From an uncultured virus (IMG/VR IMGVR_UViG_3300008117_000066) (taxonomy: Duplodnaviria > Heunggongvirae > Uroviricota > Caudoviricetes): a stretch of DNA of 20,000 nt. Where the stretch lies: IMG/VR virus record IMGVR_UViG_3300008117_000066. One strand, 5' to 3'. Numbering within the stretch: the first letter of the stretch is position 1; the number at the start of each line of letters is the position of its first letter. A model generated the notes under the pieces. It ran no database searches. It saw only the letters and a list, made by a program, of their open reading frames with translations, and was not told the origin of the DNA. Positions 1 through 9,960 of this stretch are shown piece after piece. The position numbers and the translations under genes are program-made.

Positions 1-2
1 CA

Positions 3-179
3 GTTGATTATGCAACAGGAAAGATTGAGCTGATTAACTTTGGCAACATAGCTGCTGACAATAATAGAATCAAAGTATATGCAAAAACAAAATCCAAGGA
101 TGTTGCATCCAAACGTAATGTTATTCTGACAATTCTAAGAGAAGACATAAATATTGACGTTAACCAAGTAAGAGAATAA
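3..179 (+). CDS. gp6: Baseplate wedge subunit gp6, C-terminal fragment (5'-truncated by window edge)
   Basis: Frame 3 reads VDYATGKIELINFGNIAADNNRIKVYAKTKSKDVASKRNVILTILREDINIDVNQVRE-stop (TAA 177-179). The VDYxTGxI...SxDV...RNxIL pattern and position directly before gp7/gp8 fit the gp6 C-terminus of T4-like phages. Confidence 0.75.
   Translation, partial: VDYATGKIELINFGNIAADNNRIKVYAKTKSKDVASKRNVILTILREDINIDVNQVRE
146..153 (+). promoter_or_regulatory. Putative T4-type (gp55-dependent) late promoter CATAAATA
   Basis: One mismatch to TATAAATA; lies inside the 3' end of gp6, 27 nt before the ATG at 181. Confidence 0.55.
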
Positions 180-180
180 A

Positions 181-2727
181 ATGAAAGACTTTGAGAAACA
201 GATTTCATCGCTGATTGCAAATCAGTTCCCATCCTTGTATGCGGAAGAGGGTCCGTTTCTCATTGAATTTCTGAAAGCTTACTACGAGTGGATGGAGCTT
301 GTCGGTAAACCAGTTTATGAATCAAGAACTCTGTTGAACTACAGGGATGTAGACGAAACAGTAGACGAGTTCTTGATTCACTTTAAGAAGAAGTTTCTGG
401 CTGATATTCAGTTTGAAACTACAACAAACAAACGTTTATTCATCAAAAATGCTCTTGATTTTTATCGCTCGAAAGGTACAGAAAGATCGGTTGAGCTGCT
501 GTTCAAGCTTGTTTATGGCGAGGATCCAGAAGTATATTTCCCATCAGAAGATATTTTTAGACTGTCTGATAATGAGTGGGTCAAACCAACATATTTGGAA
601 GTTACACCATCACCATACAATGCACTGTTTATCAATGAACAAATTGTTGGTGTAACATCTGGGGCAACTGCTTTTGTCGAGCGTTATGTGAGAAAACGTG
701 TTGGTACAAAATACGTTGAAGTGCTTTACATCTCAGTCCCAACTGGCGACTTTGAAACTGGCGAGATTCTGCGTTTATCTGACGGTTCTGTTGTAGAAAA
801 TCTACCAGTCGTTGTTGGATCGACAACAACTCTTGATGTGGTTGGTGGTAGCTTGGGGTTTGCTGTTGGTGATATTGTATCATTCGAATCAGAAACAGGA
901 CTCCAGGGTAAAGCTCGTGTAGCAGAAATCTCTGATGTTACTGGTGTTGTTGATTTCAATTTGGTGGAAAGTGGGTTTGGTTATTTTGCAAACTCCCCTG
1001 TTGTGGTCTCAACAAAATCTCTGAACCTGACCAACACATCAAACACAAACTTCGTTCTCTTTGAAACCGTAACTCAACCAAAAGCAAACGTTCAGTTTGA
1101 CACCCTTATTGGATCGTTTGTTGCAAATGATGATGTGTACTTTTATTACTCTGACGATAGCTCGGCTGGTGTTGGTAAAGTTCTTGAGCAGTCTAACACT
1201 GAGCTTTATATTAGCTTGATCTCTGGCGGTATAAAGACTTCGCTATCGACTGTTAATGCAGCAATATCGACAAATACCATAACAGTAAAAGCACAATCAA
1301 ACGCCGTGACTGCAAATGTTACAGCGTTCATCAATAAAACCTCAACTGCTAACTTGATGGGTGTTGCCACAAACAACGGTGTTATTGGATTGACTACTAT
1401 TTTTGGGACTTTTGTTTCTCTCCCAGGTAATTATATTGAGCTTTCAAATAGCGGAATAACAGCAAACGTCACGTCAGTCAGCACTGGTACTGGTGCTACG
1501 TTCCAGATCGCAAACTTAAACAATCAGGAATCTATTTGGTTCTGGACTGATAGAATTTCAAGTAAAAATAACGGAAACGTATATTTCTATGACCTTCGTC
1601 TTGATGGATCAAACGCAAACAATGCTGGAAGTACATACGGGTTTCCAAAGTTTTTAGATGCAAATACATCAACTGTTCTTTATACTGCTTTGAATATTGC
1701 ATCTGGAAATATTGGTGGTGTATCTTCTATTAAAGCAGAAAACCCAGGAACAGATTATAATGTTGATCCTTTTGTTCTTATCCTTGAGGATGATATCTAT
1801 GGATTTGATAAACGAGATTATGTAATTGATTTTACATACAACACTGGCTCTGTCGAGTTTATTGTTGGTGAAAAGATTTCTCAGGTACTGACTATTCCAA
1901 ATAGCGTTACATTAACAGTAACGCAAGCTGGCGCTGGTATTAATTTTGGTGATTATATTTTCCAGTCAGATGGTGTGTCAAACGTGGCTACAGGTATCGT
2001 CCAAAGCTATTCTATTGTATCAAATACTGGTACTATAGTTGTCAATAGCGTAAGTGGAACTTTTGATCCAGCATATGATATCACCTTCTTGTCAACGTCA
2101 AATACTGCAAACGTGTCTAGCGTTAATGCAACTGCTGTAAGTACAACAGCATCTGGAGTAATTAAAAGCATAATAAATGCAAACGCAATGACAGTAAAAA
2201 GAATATCTTTTGCTAATTCTTTCTCTAATACTGGCGGTGCTATTATTGGTGCTGCTACAGCTGCAAGCGCAAATATTGTATTAGCCACCCCACAAACAAA
2301 CGCTCTTCCTATTGGTATAAATGCCGTAGTTTCAGCAAATGTACAAGCTGGTGCTGGTGCTATTACTGAACTTGAAGTAGTAGATTCTGGTTTCGGCTAC
2401 GTTCAGGATGATATAATTTCGGGCACCTCTGAGGACGGTTTGAGAACAGTTAGCTTGAAAATTAACCTTGGTAAGCAAGGTATCAGCGAGGGTTATTACA
2501 ACTCCATGAAGAGCTTTGCCAGTGCTGATAAGTATGTTCAAGATGGTGAATACTACCAGGAATACTCATACGAAATACTATCAAGACTACCGTTTAATAA
2601 GTACGCAGATGTTCTGAGAAAGGCACTTCATGTTGCTGGGACAAGATCTTTTGGATCGGTAGTAATGGCATCAAACAATCAAGCAACAATCACGGCTTCT
2701 TCGAATATTGTTTCCGAAGTAGGCTAA
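181..2727 (+). CDS. gp7: Baseplate wedge initiator gp7-like protein (848 aa) with long beta-rich insertions
   Basis: N-terminus ISSLIANQFP..FIEFLKAYYEWME..LLNYRDVD..FYRSKGTERSVELLFKLVYG and C-terminus DKYVQDGEYYQEYSYEI..LHVAGT match the gp7-like wedge proteins of cyanophage-type T4-like phages; located between gp6 and gp8. Confidence 0.8.
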   Translation: MKDFEKQISSLIANQFPSLYAEEGPFLIEFLKAYYEWMELVGKPVYESRTLLNYRDVDETVDEFLIHFKKKFLADIQFETTTNKRLFIKNALDFYRSKGTERSVELLFKLVYGEDPEVYFPSEDIFRLSDNEWVKPTYLEVTPSPYNALFINEQIVGVTSGATAFVERYVRKRVGTKYVEVLYISVPTGDFETGEILRLSDGSVVENLPVVVGSTTTLDVVGGSLGFAVGDIVSFESETGLQGKARVAEISDVTGVVDFNLVESGFGYFANSPVVVSTKSLNLTNTSNTNFVLFETVTQPKANVQFDTLIGSFVANDDVYFYYSDDSSAGVGKVLEQSNTELYISLISGGIKTSLSTVNAAISTNTITVKAQSNAVTANVTAFINKTSTANLMGVATNNGVIGLTTIFGTFVSLPGNYIELSNSGITANVTSVSTGTGATFQIANLNNQESIWFWTDRISSKNNGNVYFYDLRLDGSNANNAGSTYGFPKFLDANTSTVLYTALNIASGNIGGVSSIKAENPGTDYNVDPFVLILEDDIYGFDKRDYVIDFTYNTGSVEFIVGEKISQVLTIPNSVTLTVTQAGAGINFGDYIFQSDGVSNVATGIVQSYSIVSNTGTIVVNSVSGTFDPAYDITFLSTSNTANVSSVNATAVSTTASGVIKSIINANAMTVKRISFANSFSNTGGAIIGAATAASANIVLATPQTNALPIGINAVVSANVQAGAGAITELEVVDSGFGYVQDDIISGTSEDGLRTVSLKINLGKQGISEGYYNSMKSFASADKYVQDGEYYQEYSYEILSRLPFNKYADVLRKALHVAGTRSFGSVVMASNNQATITASSNIVSEVG

Positions 2728-2730
2728 ATA
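2723..2730 (+). promoter_or_regulatory. Putative late promoter GCTAAATA overlapping the gp7 stop codon
   Basis: CTAAATA variant of the T4-like late promoter, 27 nt before the gp8 ATG (2758). Confidence 0.65.
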
Positions 2731-2757
2731 GATACAGATCGATAATAGTGGATCATC

Positions 2758-4755
2758 ATGGCAAATAAGAGATTAGTAACCGAATTGTTTAAAACACATA
2801 TGGCTCGTCAGCTTGTCGAATCATTGGCTGAGCAGTCGAATACCGCATATTACATGTTCACGGGTAAACATACTCAATACCCTGACGGTGACACCACTGT
2901 AACGCAGCCTGTTGATACCATACAGTCGCTTTATATCGATAGCTATGAAAACATGCTATTTGGTAAAAGAGTCACATCGAATGATGTGAAGCACATGATC
3001 CCAAAAAACACCTGGACAAGTGGTACGGTTTACTCTATGTACGAGCACGACAACGCTGATCTTTTATCTGAAGATTTCTTTGTTGTTGTCAATGAATCAA
3101 GTCTTTATCATGTGTTCAAATGCCTTTACAACAACAATGGTGCAGAATCAACCGTACAGCCAAGTTTCAGCGATACTTCTGCTGATGATACTTTCTACGA
3201 AACCACCGCTGATGGTTATCAGTGGAAATACATGTATACTGTTGACAGCACCACGTTTAACAAGTTCTCCACCCTGGACTTCATGCCTGTTGTTGAAAAC
3301 GCAAACGTCTCTGGGAATGCAGTTAGTGGTGCTATTGATGTTATCACAGTAACCACTGGTGGAGCTGGATATAACAACTATATTTCTGGACAGTTTAATT
3401 CTGGTGGCATAAGAATATCAGGAAACAATATTGCCTATGGTATTTCCAATACAGCTTCATCGACCAATGGTTTTTACACAGACTGTTACATTTATATTAC
3501 CTCTGGAACTGGTAACGGACAATACAAAAGAATTACAAATTACATAAATGATGGGACCGATAAAAAAATTATATTGGAATCACCATTTTCTTCAAATGTT
3601 GATAGTACATCAATTTACTCAATATCTCCAATTGTTGAAATAACCAGTGATGGTAATCAAACAGTTAACTGTGTCGCTCGTGCGTTGATCAACTCATCAA
3701 GCTCGAACTCAATCTATAAAATAGAAATTATTGATCGTGGAGCTGATTACAGAATAGCTTCTGCATCTGTCCTATATTCTAATGTTGTTCCTGTGTCAAA
3801 TACTGCTGGTTTAAAAGTTATCATTGGACCAAAAGGTGGTCATGGTAGCAATCCAATTGATGAACTTGGTGGCACTCGTGTCGGGTTTTCTGTCAAATTC
3901 TCTAACACAGAATCAAGTACAATTCAGGCATCAAACGATTTTAGAACTGCTGGTATTCTTAAAGATCCGCTATTTACTGGCGTTGATTTGAATACATCGG
4001 GAACAGTTGGAACATTTTCCGAAGGTGAAACAGTTTATCAATACAATCCAGTGGCGCTTGATGGAACAGTGTCCATTTCTGATACAGCATCGTCTATTAC
4101 TGGTACTGGCACAACCTTTGGTACTCAAGTCCAAGCTGGTGATTTTGTATTGATCTCTGCTGGTACGAGCAAGCATTTTGGTGTTGTTAATAACGTTGTC
4201 AGCAACACATCTCTTTACCTGACAAGCAACGGAAGCTTTACAAATAGCGCATCCGACTTTGCTCTGATTGAAACGTCAGCCCAAGGAACCGCAAGTGATG
4301 TTTCTACTGGATTGGTTCAGCTGACAAACGTTGCTGGTGTGTTCTCTGACAGCAGTATTATTATCGGCAGAACATCATCTGCCACAGCAACAATAGACAC
4401 TATTGATATCAACGGTGTCACGAAAGGATTCAACACCTTCAACCAAATGAAAGTCTTTGTCGGAGCGAACACTCAGCCGTTTGCTAATGACGAAACAGTT
4501 AGCCAAGCATTTGGTGGAAACGCTAAGTTTCACTCTATAAATAGTGGTAAGATGTTTGTGACAAATCAACTTGGTATTATTAATACTAGCGATACCGTTG
4601 TTGGACAGACTTCTGGAGCAACCTTTACCATATCATCTAAATACCCAGGTGATATCGTAGTTGATAGCGGTGACGTTATCTACGTAGAGAATTTCCCAGC
4701 AATTGAAAGAGCATCGGATCGTTCCGAAACAATCAAAGTAATCGTGGAGTTTTAA
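2758..4755 (+). CDS. gp8: Baseplate wedge subunit gp8 (665 aa, expanded form)
   Basis: Motifs WTSGTVYSMY, VFKCLYNNNG, DGYQWKYMYT, IIGPKGGHGSNPIDELGG, NDFRTAGILKDP and C-terminal SGDVIYVEN..IERASDRSETIKVIVEF are typical of gp8 in T4-like phages. Confidence 0.88.
   Translation: MANKRLVTELFKTHMARQLVESLAEQSNTAYYMFTGKHTQYPDGDTTVTQPVDTIQSLYIDSYENMLFGKRVTSNDVKHMIPKNTWTSGTVYSMYEHDNADLLSEDFFVVVNESSLYHVFKCLYNNNGAESTVQPSFSDTSADDTFYETTADGYQWKYMYTVDSTTFNKFSTLDFMPVVENANVSGNAVSGAIDVITVTTGGAGYNNYISGQFNSGGIRISGNNIAYGISNTASSTNGFYTDCYIYITSGTGNGQYKRITNYINDGTDKKIILESPFSSNVDSTSIYSISPIVEITSDGNQTVNCVARALINSSSSNSIYKIEIIDRGADYRIASASVLYSNVVPVSNTAGLKVIIGPKGGHGSNPIDELGGTRVGFSVKFSNTESSTIQASNDFRTAGILKDPLFTGVDLNTSGTVGTFSEGETVYQYNPVALDGTVSISDTASSITGTGTTFGTQVQAGDFVLISAGTSKHFGVVNNVVSNTSLYLTSNGSFTNSASDFALIETSAQGTASDVSTGLVQLTNVAGVFSDSSIIIGRTSSATATIDTIDINGVTKGFNTFNQMKVFVGANTQPFANDETVSQAFGGNAKFHSINSGKMFVTNQLGIINTSDTVVGQTSGATFTISSKYPGDIVVDSGDVIYVENFPAIERASDRSETIKVIVEF
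4536..4543 (+). promoter_or_regulatory. Putative late promoter TATAAATA (perfect T4 consensus) inside the gp8 3' end
   Basis: Exact TATAAATA 218 nt upstream of the ATG at 4762; a second core, TCTAAATA, lies at 4636-4643. Confidence 0.5.
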
Positions 4756-4761
4756 GCAACA

Positions 4762-7700
4762 ATGACTATTCAGACCGATTTAAACGTGTCTCCATATTTC
4801 GATGACTACACAGCGAACAGCGACTACTACCGTATCCTGTTCAGACCAGGTGTAGCCGTCCAGGTCCGTGAGCTTAACCAGCTCCAAGCCATTCTTCAGA
4901 ACCAAATCGAGAAGTTTGGTGATAACGTTTTCAAGCGTGGTACGATCATCGATGGTTGTAACTTCAACATCATCCCGTACTACCCATATGCCAAGATCCT
5001 GGATCTTCAGATAGATGGTCAGCCTGTAACCCCAGCACTCTATGAAGGCTTGTATGCGAAGAACTCATCTAATCTAGTATCGACAATCGTCAATTACCAG
5101 ACTGGATTCGAGTCCCGTGACCCAGATCTTAACACACTCTACTTCAATTACATCAACAGTGGTGCAAGCAAAACTGATACCGCATATGCTGCTGATCAAA
5201 CTCTTACAGTTTACGATTCAAATAACATCATATACAAAGTTAATATCGTAGCTGGTTCATCTGCCTTCACCAACTCTGATGTTGTTCATATCGTTTCAGC
5301 TATCGGTATTCAAAACTCTGTTGGTGGTCTAACCTTTGCCAATGGTGGATTCACTGTCGGTCAGAAGATCACCCAGGCAACAACTGGATCCACAGCTGTC
5401 ATTGTCGATGTTGACACCACAACAAACACCGAAATTACAATCCTGAAAGTAAAACCAGAATCAACCGACTTAATTAATGCTGCTGCATCGTCAAGCGAAT
5501 GGTCTTTCAGCGAAGGTCTGACAATCACTGCAAACACAACAAGCTCTACAGCTAATGTAATATCGATCATTGGCTCAAGCTCAACTGCAACATTAGTTAC
5601 CGATGGTAGCGGTGTTATCTCTTCTGTTGCCGTAACAAACAGAGGTTCAGGATACTATGTGGCTCCTTATGTTGCGGTTCAGTCTGCAACGGGTATCATT
5701 GGTTCTCTGAACCTTACCGCCCAGAACTATATCGCACAAGTCACTGTTGCCTCGACTGCAAACGCTGTCGGCAACGGCTACGCTTTCGGTATCTCTGATG
5801 GTATCATCTACCAGAAAGGACACTTCCTTCGTGTCGATCCACAAGTGGTTGTTGTTGAAAAATACAATCAATCTCCAGACAGTAAGGCTGTCGGCTTTGA
5901 CACAATCGAAACCATCATCAACAGTAATATCGACACTTCGCTGCTCGACAATAGCACAGGAACTCTGAATACTCAGGCTCCAGGTGCAAACCGACTGAAG
6001 CTTACTCCAACTCTGACTGTTATGTCTTCCGCAAACGCCGAAGCTAACTCAGACTTCTTCACGATTATTGAATTTGCCGAAGGTCGCCCATTCAAGCAGA
6101 ACCGCAAAACCCAGTACAATGCTATTGGTGATGAAATTGCACTGCGTTCATATGAACAAAGTGGTAACTTCATCATTGACAAGTTCAACGTAACCACCAA
6201 GTCACCATCGACAATCAGCAGTGAAGCCAACAACTTCAATCTTGCTGTAGATCGTGGTCACGGTTACATCAATGGTAAGCGTGTTATCACCCAGACAACA
6301 TTCGAAGACACCATTCCAAAGAGCACCACATCTCAGGTTGTGAGCAACACCTACATCAATGTCAGCTATGGTAATTACATCCTGGTCAATGAGCTTGCTG
6401 GTAACTTCTTCTTCCCAGCTGGTACACAGATCTCGCTGAGAGATACTGCTGGTCTGTACTTGACAAACAACCGTACCCGTGTTACCAGCAATACAGCAGC
6501 AGCAATTGCAGTGTCTGGTACTGAGATCGGTAAGGCTCGTATTCGTTCCCTGGTCTATGAAGCTGGCACACCAGGTACACCTGATGCTGTCTACCGCATG
6601 TACCTATTCGATGTTGAGATGAATGCTGGCAAATCATTCAAGGATGCTAAGTCCGTATACCTGAACACAACAGACATTGACGGTATCGCAGATATCTATC
6701 TGACCTATGACTCAACCCTGCAAGCCAACGTTGCTCAGATTCAACAGCAAGGCTACAGTACCTTGATTCTCCCATCTGGTCTGGTTGCTACCAAAGCGGT
6801 AAACAACTTCACCTACGAATACAGAACCATTTCGTTCTCTGGCATCCAAGCAAACACCCAGGGTATCGTTGAGCTTACTCTGTCTGGTAGCGAAACATTC
6901 CCATACACAGGAAGCTTGAGTGCAAACGACAAAGAAGATCTGGTCGTGGTTCCGCTGGCTAACACACAAGCCACAACCAATGCGACAGGCACAATCACAA
7001 CCCTAACCACAAGTCCAAACCTTGTCGGCTCAAGCACAACATTCCTTGCCGACTTCGTTCCAGGTGATTATGTTCTGTTGTCAGATGGTACAAACTCTGA
7101 TATCAGAAGAGTTGAAAAGGTTGTCAACAACACCTTGATGATCGCAGAAGCCAACACAAGCTATGCAAGCAGCGCCGTCAAAGCTAAGATGTTCTACCCA
7201 CACAACGTTCCATTGAATTTATTCCGTGCGGGTCGTGGTGGTAACGTAAGTGTCAACCAACAGTCGCTTAAAATTGCATTTGGTAATGCAATTCCTTCTG
7301 CTGTTAATGTCGCAGTTAGCTATACTGTCAAGGTTGCTAATGCTTCGCTTGATCAGAAAGTTGTGACTCGTGATGCTAAAGTTCGTTTGAACCTGGCAAA
7401 CAACGCTGCATCAAACAGTGGTCCTTGGTGCCTTGGTGTTCCAGAAATTATTCGCCTGAAAGGTGTCTATAAATCTACCGATGTTGCAACAGTCAATCTG
7501 AACTCGGACGATGTTACTTCACACTTCTTTATCGACAGCAACCACACCGAAGACTACTTGGATCTTGGTTATCTGTACAAGAAGCCAACCTCTACTCTGG
7601 CTCTGACAACAAGTGATGCACTGCTTGTCGTTTATGATGCACTGACCCGTACAGGTGACGGTCCAGCAACTGTATCTCAATATCCAATCAATGATACACT

Positions 7701-9366
7701 ACAGCTGGCAAGCGCCTCGGCAACCATGCACACCCTGGAAATCCCAGAAGTGTTTGGTAACCGCGACAACTACTATGATCTTCGTGACTGCATCGACTTC
7801 CGTCCTCGCGTTGTGAACACTGCTGTTGTCACTGCGACTCTGGCTTCGTCTAACATCAACCCTGTTGTGCAGACTGCTGGTGGTAAGTTCGGTAACACTG
7901 TCGATCCAGCCAACAACAAGAAATTCCCAGTACCAGGAAGTGATAACTTCTTCACTGCCGAATACTACTTGGGTCGTAAGGATCGCGTGGTTGTCACAGG
8001 CAACAGTGATATCAAGATCATTGGTGGTACTCCAGACAGCTTGGCTCAGGCTAAGTTCTCTCCACCACCACAAGACAGCTTGACCATCGCAACCCTGGTT
8101 GTCCCACCATATCCTTCGATGCCTCTGACCCTTTCTGCCGAAATGTATCAGTACGCAGAAACGAATGTCATTAACCAAAAGGCTACAGGTCGTAGACGTG
8201 GTTCATACACCATCAGCGTTGATCCTACCAAGGTTCAGACTCGTGGCTACACCATGAACGATATCGGTAAGCTGGAACGCCGTATTGAAGCTCTTGAGTA
8301 TATCTCACAGCTATCGTCAATCGAAGACAGCGTTAAGAACATCAACATCCCAAGCTCTATCGATCCGTTGACCAATCGCTTCAAGTTCGGTTTCTTTGTT
8401 GATAACTTCACATCGCTGAGCCTGACTGACTATGCGGATCCAGAATACAATGCTACCATCCTGGATGGTGTGTTGACTGCTAAGCTTGAACAGCTGAACC
8501 TACCATTGGAAAACACTGGCAACAGCACCATTACATTCGAAGAATTTGATCTGATTAGTCAGACTGGTGCTACTGATGGTCCACTGGTTTCCGCAAACGT
8601 TGAACCAACATCGTCAACCATCTGTGTCCGTCAGTCGAGCACATCGGTTGAGGATCCATCGTTCAAGTATGTCTTCAGTGCAAATAGCGGTGCAGCAACC
8701 CTGTACTTCTTGAACTATGGCGTAAAAGATATGTTTGAAGTTTATCAATCAAATTCACCAGAAATTGAAGGCAATTCTATTGCAACTTTAGCTACTTCAG
8801 CTGTATTATCAACAGCGGAAAAGCAAACATACTTTGCAAATACAACAGCTGCTAATTATGCTACCGCTACAATTGATACTAAAGTGTATGCGTCTGGTGT
8901 TGGTAAAATAAGCTTTACCCACAATCCAGCAAATGGTGTTTACTACACTGTAAAGACCAAGAAGAGCACTGCTAGTTCTAAGTGGGTATATGTTCTTTGC
9001 TACCCATACGACTCGGCTGATAACTCGGCTAACACCACACCACTGCCACAACCAACACGTTATGCTGGTACGATGAAAGTCTCACCATCTAACTACACTG
9101 GCGGTACTATCTTGGTCACACCAGTCACAAGTGCTGCTCTGCCTCTTGCCCCATCGAATCCGCAGTCTTCTATTTCGATCTCGGATCCAAATGCAAGTAA
9201 CACTTCACTGTCGAACAATGCTATTACACCACCTGTTCTGAAATCTGGTTTTGACACATCGATCACTGATGTAAGCTCAATCGTTGCTCCATCAACGCTA
9301 AATATTGAGCCACCAGTAATTATTTCGATTAAGCCAAACTATCAAAGCATGAGTGAGGAAAGATAA
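4762..9366 (+). CDS. Large virion structural protein, VrlC/DUF4815-like, N-terminal and central part (1534 aa)
   Basis: Starts MTIQTDLNVSPYFDDY..YYRILFRPGVAVQVRELNQLQAILQNQIEKFG and contains APGANRLKL, DLRDCIDFRPRV and YTMNDIGKLERRIEALEY..NRFKFGFFVDNF, hallmarks of the giant structural protein that follows gp8 in cyanophage-like T4 relatives. Confidence 0.8.
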   Translation: MTIQTDLNVSPYFDDYTANSDYYRILFRPGVAVQVRELNQLQAILQNQIEKFGDNVFKRGTIIDGCNFNIIPYYPYAKILDLQIDGQPVTPALYEGLYAKNSSNLVSTIVNYQTGFESRDPDLNTLYFNYINSGASKTDTAYAADQTLTVYDSNNIIYKVNIVAGSSAFTNSDVVHIVSAIGIQNSVGGLTFANGGFTVGQKITQATTGSTAVIVDVDTTTNTEITILKVKPESTDLINAAASSSEWSFSEGLTITANTTSSTANVISIIGSSSTATLVTDGSGVISSVAVTNRGSGYYVAPYVAVQSATGIIGSLNLTAQNYIAQVTVASTANAVGNGYAFGISDGIIYQKGHFLRVDPQVVVVEKYNQSPDSKAVGFDTIETIINSNIDTSLLDNSTGTLNTQAPGANRLKLTPTLTVMSSANAEANSDFFTIIEFAEGRPFKQNRKTQYNAIGDEIALRSYEQSGNFIIDKFNVTTKSPSTISSEANNFNLAVDRGHGYINGKRVITQTTFEDTIPKSTTSQVVSNTYINVSYGNYILVNELAGNFFFPAGTQISLRDTAGLYLTNNRTRVTSNTAAAIAVSGTEIGKARIRSLVYEAGTPGTPDAVYRMYLFDVEMNAGKSFKDAKSVYLNTTDIDGIADIYLTYDSTLQANVAQIQQQGYSTLILPSGLVATKAVNNFTYEYRTISFSGIQANTQGIVELTLSGSETFPYTGSLSANDKEDLVVVPLANTQATTNATGTITTLTTSPNLVGSSTTFLADFVPGDYVLLSDGTNSDIRRVEKVVNNTLMIAEANTSYASSAVKAKMFYPHNVPLNLFRAGRGGNVSVNQQSLKIAFGNAIPSAVNVAVSYTVKVANASLDQKVVTRDAKVRLNLANNAASNSGPWCLGVPEIIRLKGVYKSTDVATVNLNSDDVTSHFFIDSNHTEDYLDLGYLYKKPTSTLALTTSDALLVVYDALTRTGDGPATVSQYPINDTLQLASASATMHTLEIPEVFGNRDNYYDLRDCIDFRPRVVNTAVVTATLASSNINPVVQTAGGKFGNTVDPANNKKFPVPGSDNFFTAEYYLGRKDRVVVTGNSDIKIIGGTPDSLAQAKFSPPPQDSLTIATLVVPPYPSMPLTLSAEMYQYAETNVINQKATGRRRGSYTISVDPTKVQTRGYTMNDIGKLERRIEALEYISQLSSIEDSVKNINIPSSIDPLTNRFKFGFFVDNFTSLSLTDYADPEYNATILDGVLTAKLEQLNLPLENTGNSTITFEEFDLISQTGATDGPLVSANVEPTSSTICVRQSSTSVEDPSFKYVFSANSGAATLYFLNYGVKDMFEVYQSNSPEIEGNSIATLATSAVLSTAEKQTYFANTTAANYATATIDTKVYASGVGKISFTHNPANGVYYTVKTKKSTASSKWVYVLCYPYDSADNSANTTPLPQPTRYAGTMKVSPSNYTGGTILVTPVTSAALPLAPSNPQSSISISDPNASNTSLSNNAITPPVLKSGFDTSITDVSSIVAPSTLNIEPPVIISIKPNYQSMSEER
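9297..9304 (+). promoter_or_regulatory. Putative late promoter GCTAAATA
   Basis: Same octamer as at 2723 and 17126; 61 nt upstream of the ATG at 9366. Confidence 0.5.
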
Positions 9367-9947
9367 TGGCAACAGCATACATTAAAAACGGACGAGTTTT
9401 CTGGACCACAACAACGCCTGAAACAAAAGAACAGGCGTTGCTGACCAGCCCAGAGATTTCAGTTCCACAAACTGTGACAAACTTTGCCTTTGAAGTGGAT
9501 TGTTATGGTCTTAAACCATCAACCCGTCATTATTTCTTTGATGGTAATGTGAATAACGACAAAAGTGTTCTGTGTGAGCCAATTGGCGGGAAGAAAGGTG
9601 ATAGCCTTATCACTGACGCTTCTGGTCAGCTGAGCTTCAAGTATTACTTCACTGGTGATACTGTTATCTCTGGATCCAGCACCTTGATTCCAGCATCAGG
9701 TAACACGGCAAACGCAACGATCACCCAGGCTATTGTGTCTGAGGGTGCTCGTCTGTTTATCGTTACTGCGTCTGCTCAACCAGCAGAAAGCTACACAACT
9801 ACAGAGTCATCTTTCGCACACTTCTCGGTGACAATAAGTGCGGGTACAGGCGATATCACCGCGCCAGCAACACCAACCCAGCCTGTCTATGAGGGTGGCG
9901 TTGGCTTGGTAGACGAAACAATTGTTTCATCTAGAAAAGTATTCTAA
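9366..9947 (+). CDS. Virion structural protein (193 aa), equivalent to an internal segment of VrlC/DUF4815-like proteins
   Basis: Contains GLKPSTRHYFFDG and LITDASGQLSFKYYF, recalled as internal motifs of the unsplit protein; TAATG overlap with the upstream ORF and GAGGA upstream. Confidence 0.65.
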   Translation: MATAYIKNGRVFWTTTTPETKEQALLTSPEISVPQTVTNFAFEVDCYGLKPSTRHYFFDGNVNNDKSVLCEPIGGKKGDSLITDASGQLSFKYYFTGDTVISGSSTLIPASGNTANATITQAIVSEGARLFIVTASAQPAESYTTTESSFAHFSVTISAGTGDITAPATPTQPVYEGGVGLVDETIVSSRKVF

Positions 9948-9960
9948 TTAGGACTTATAC

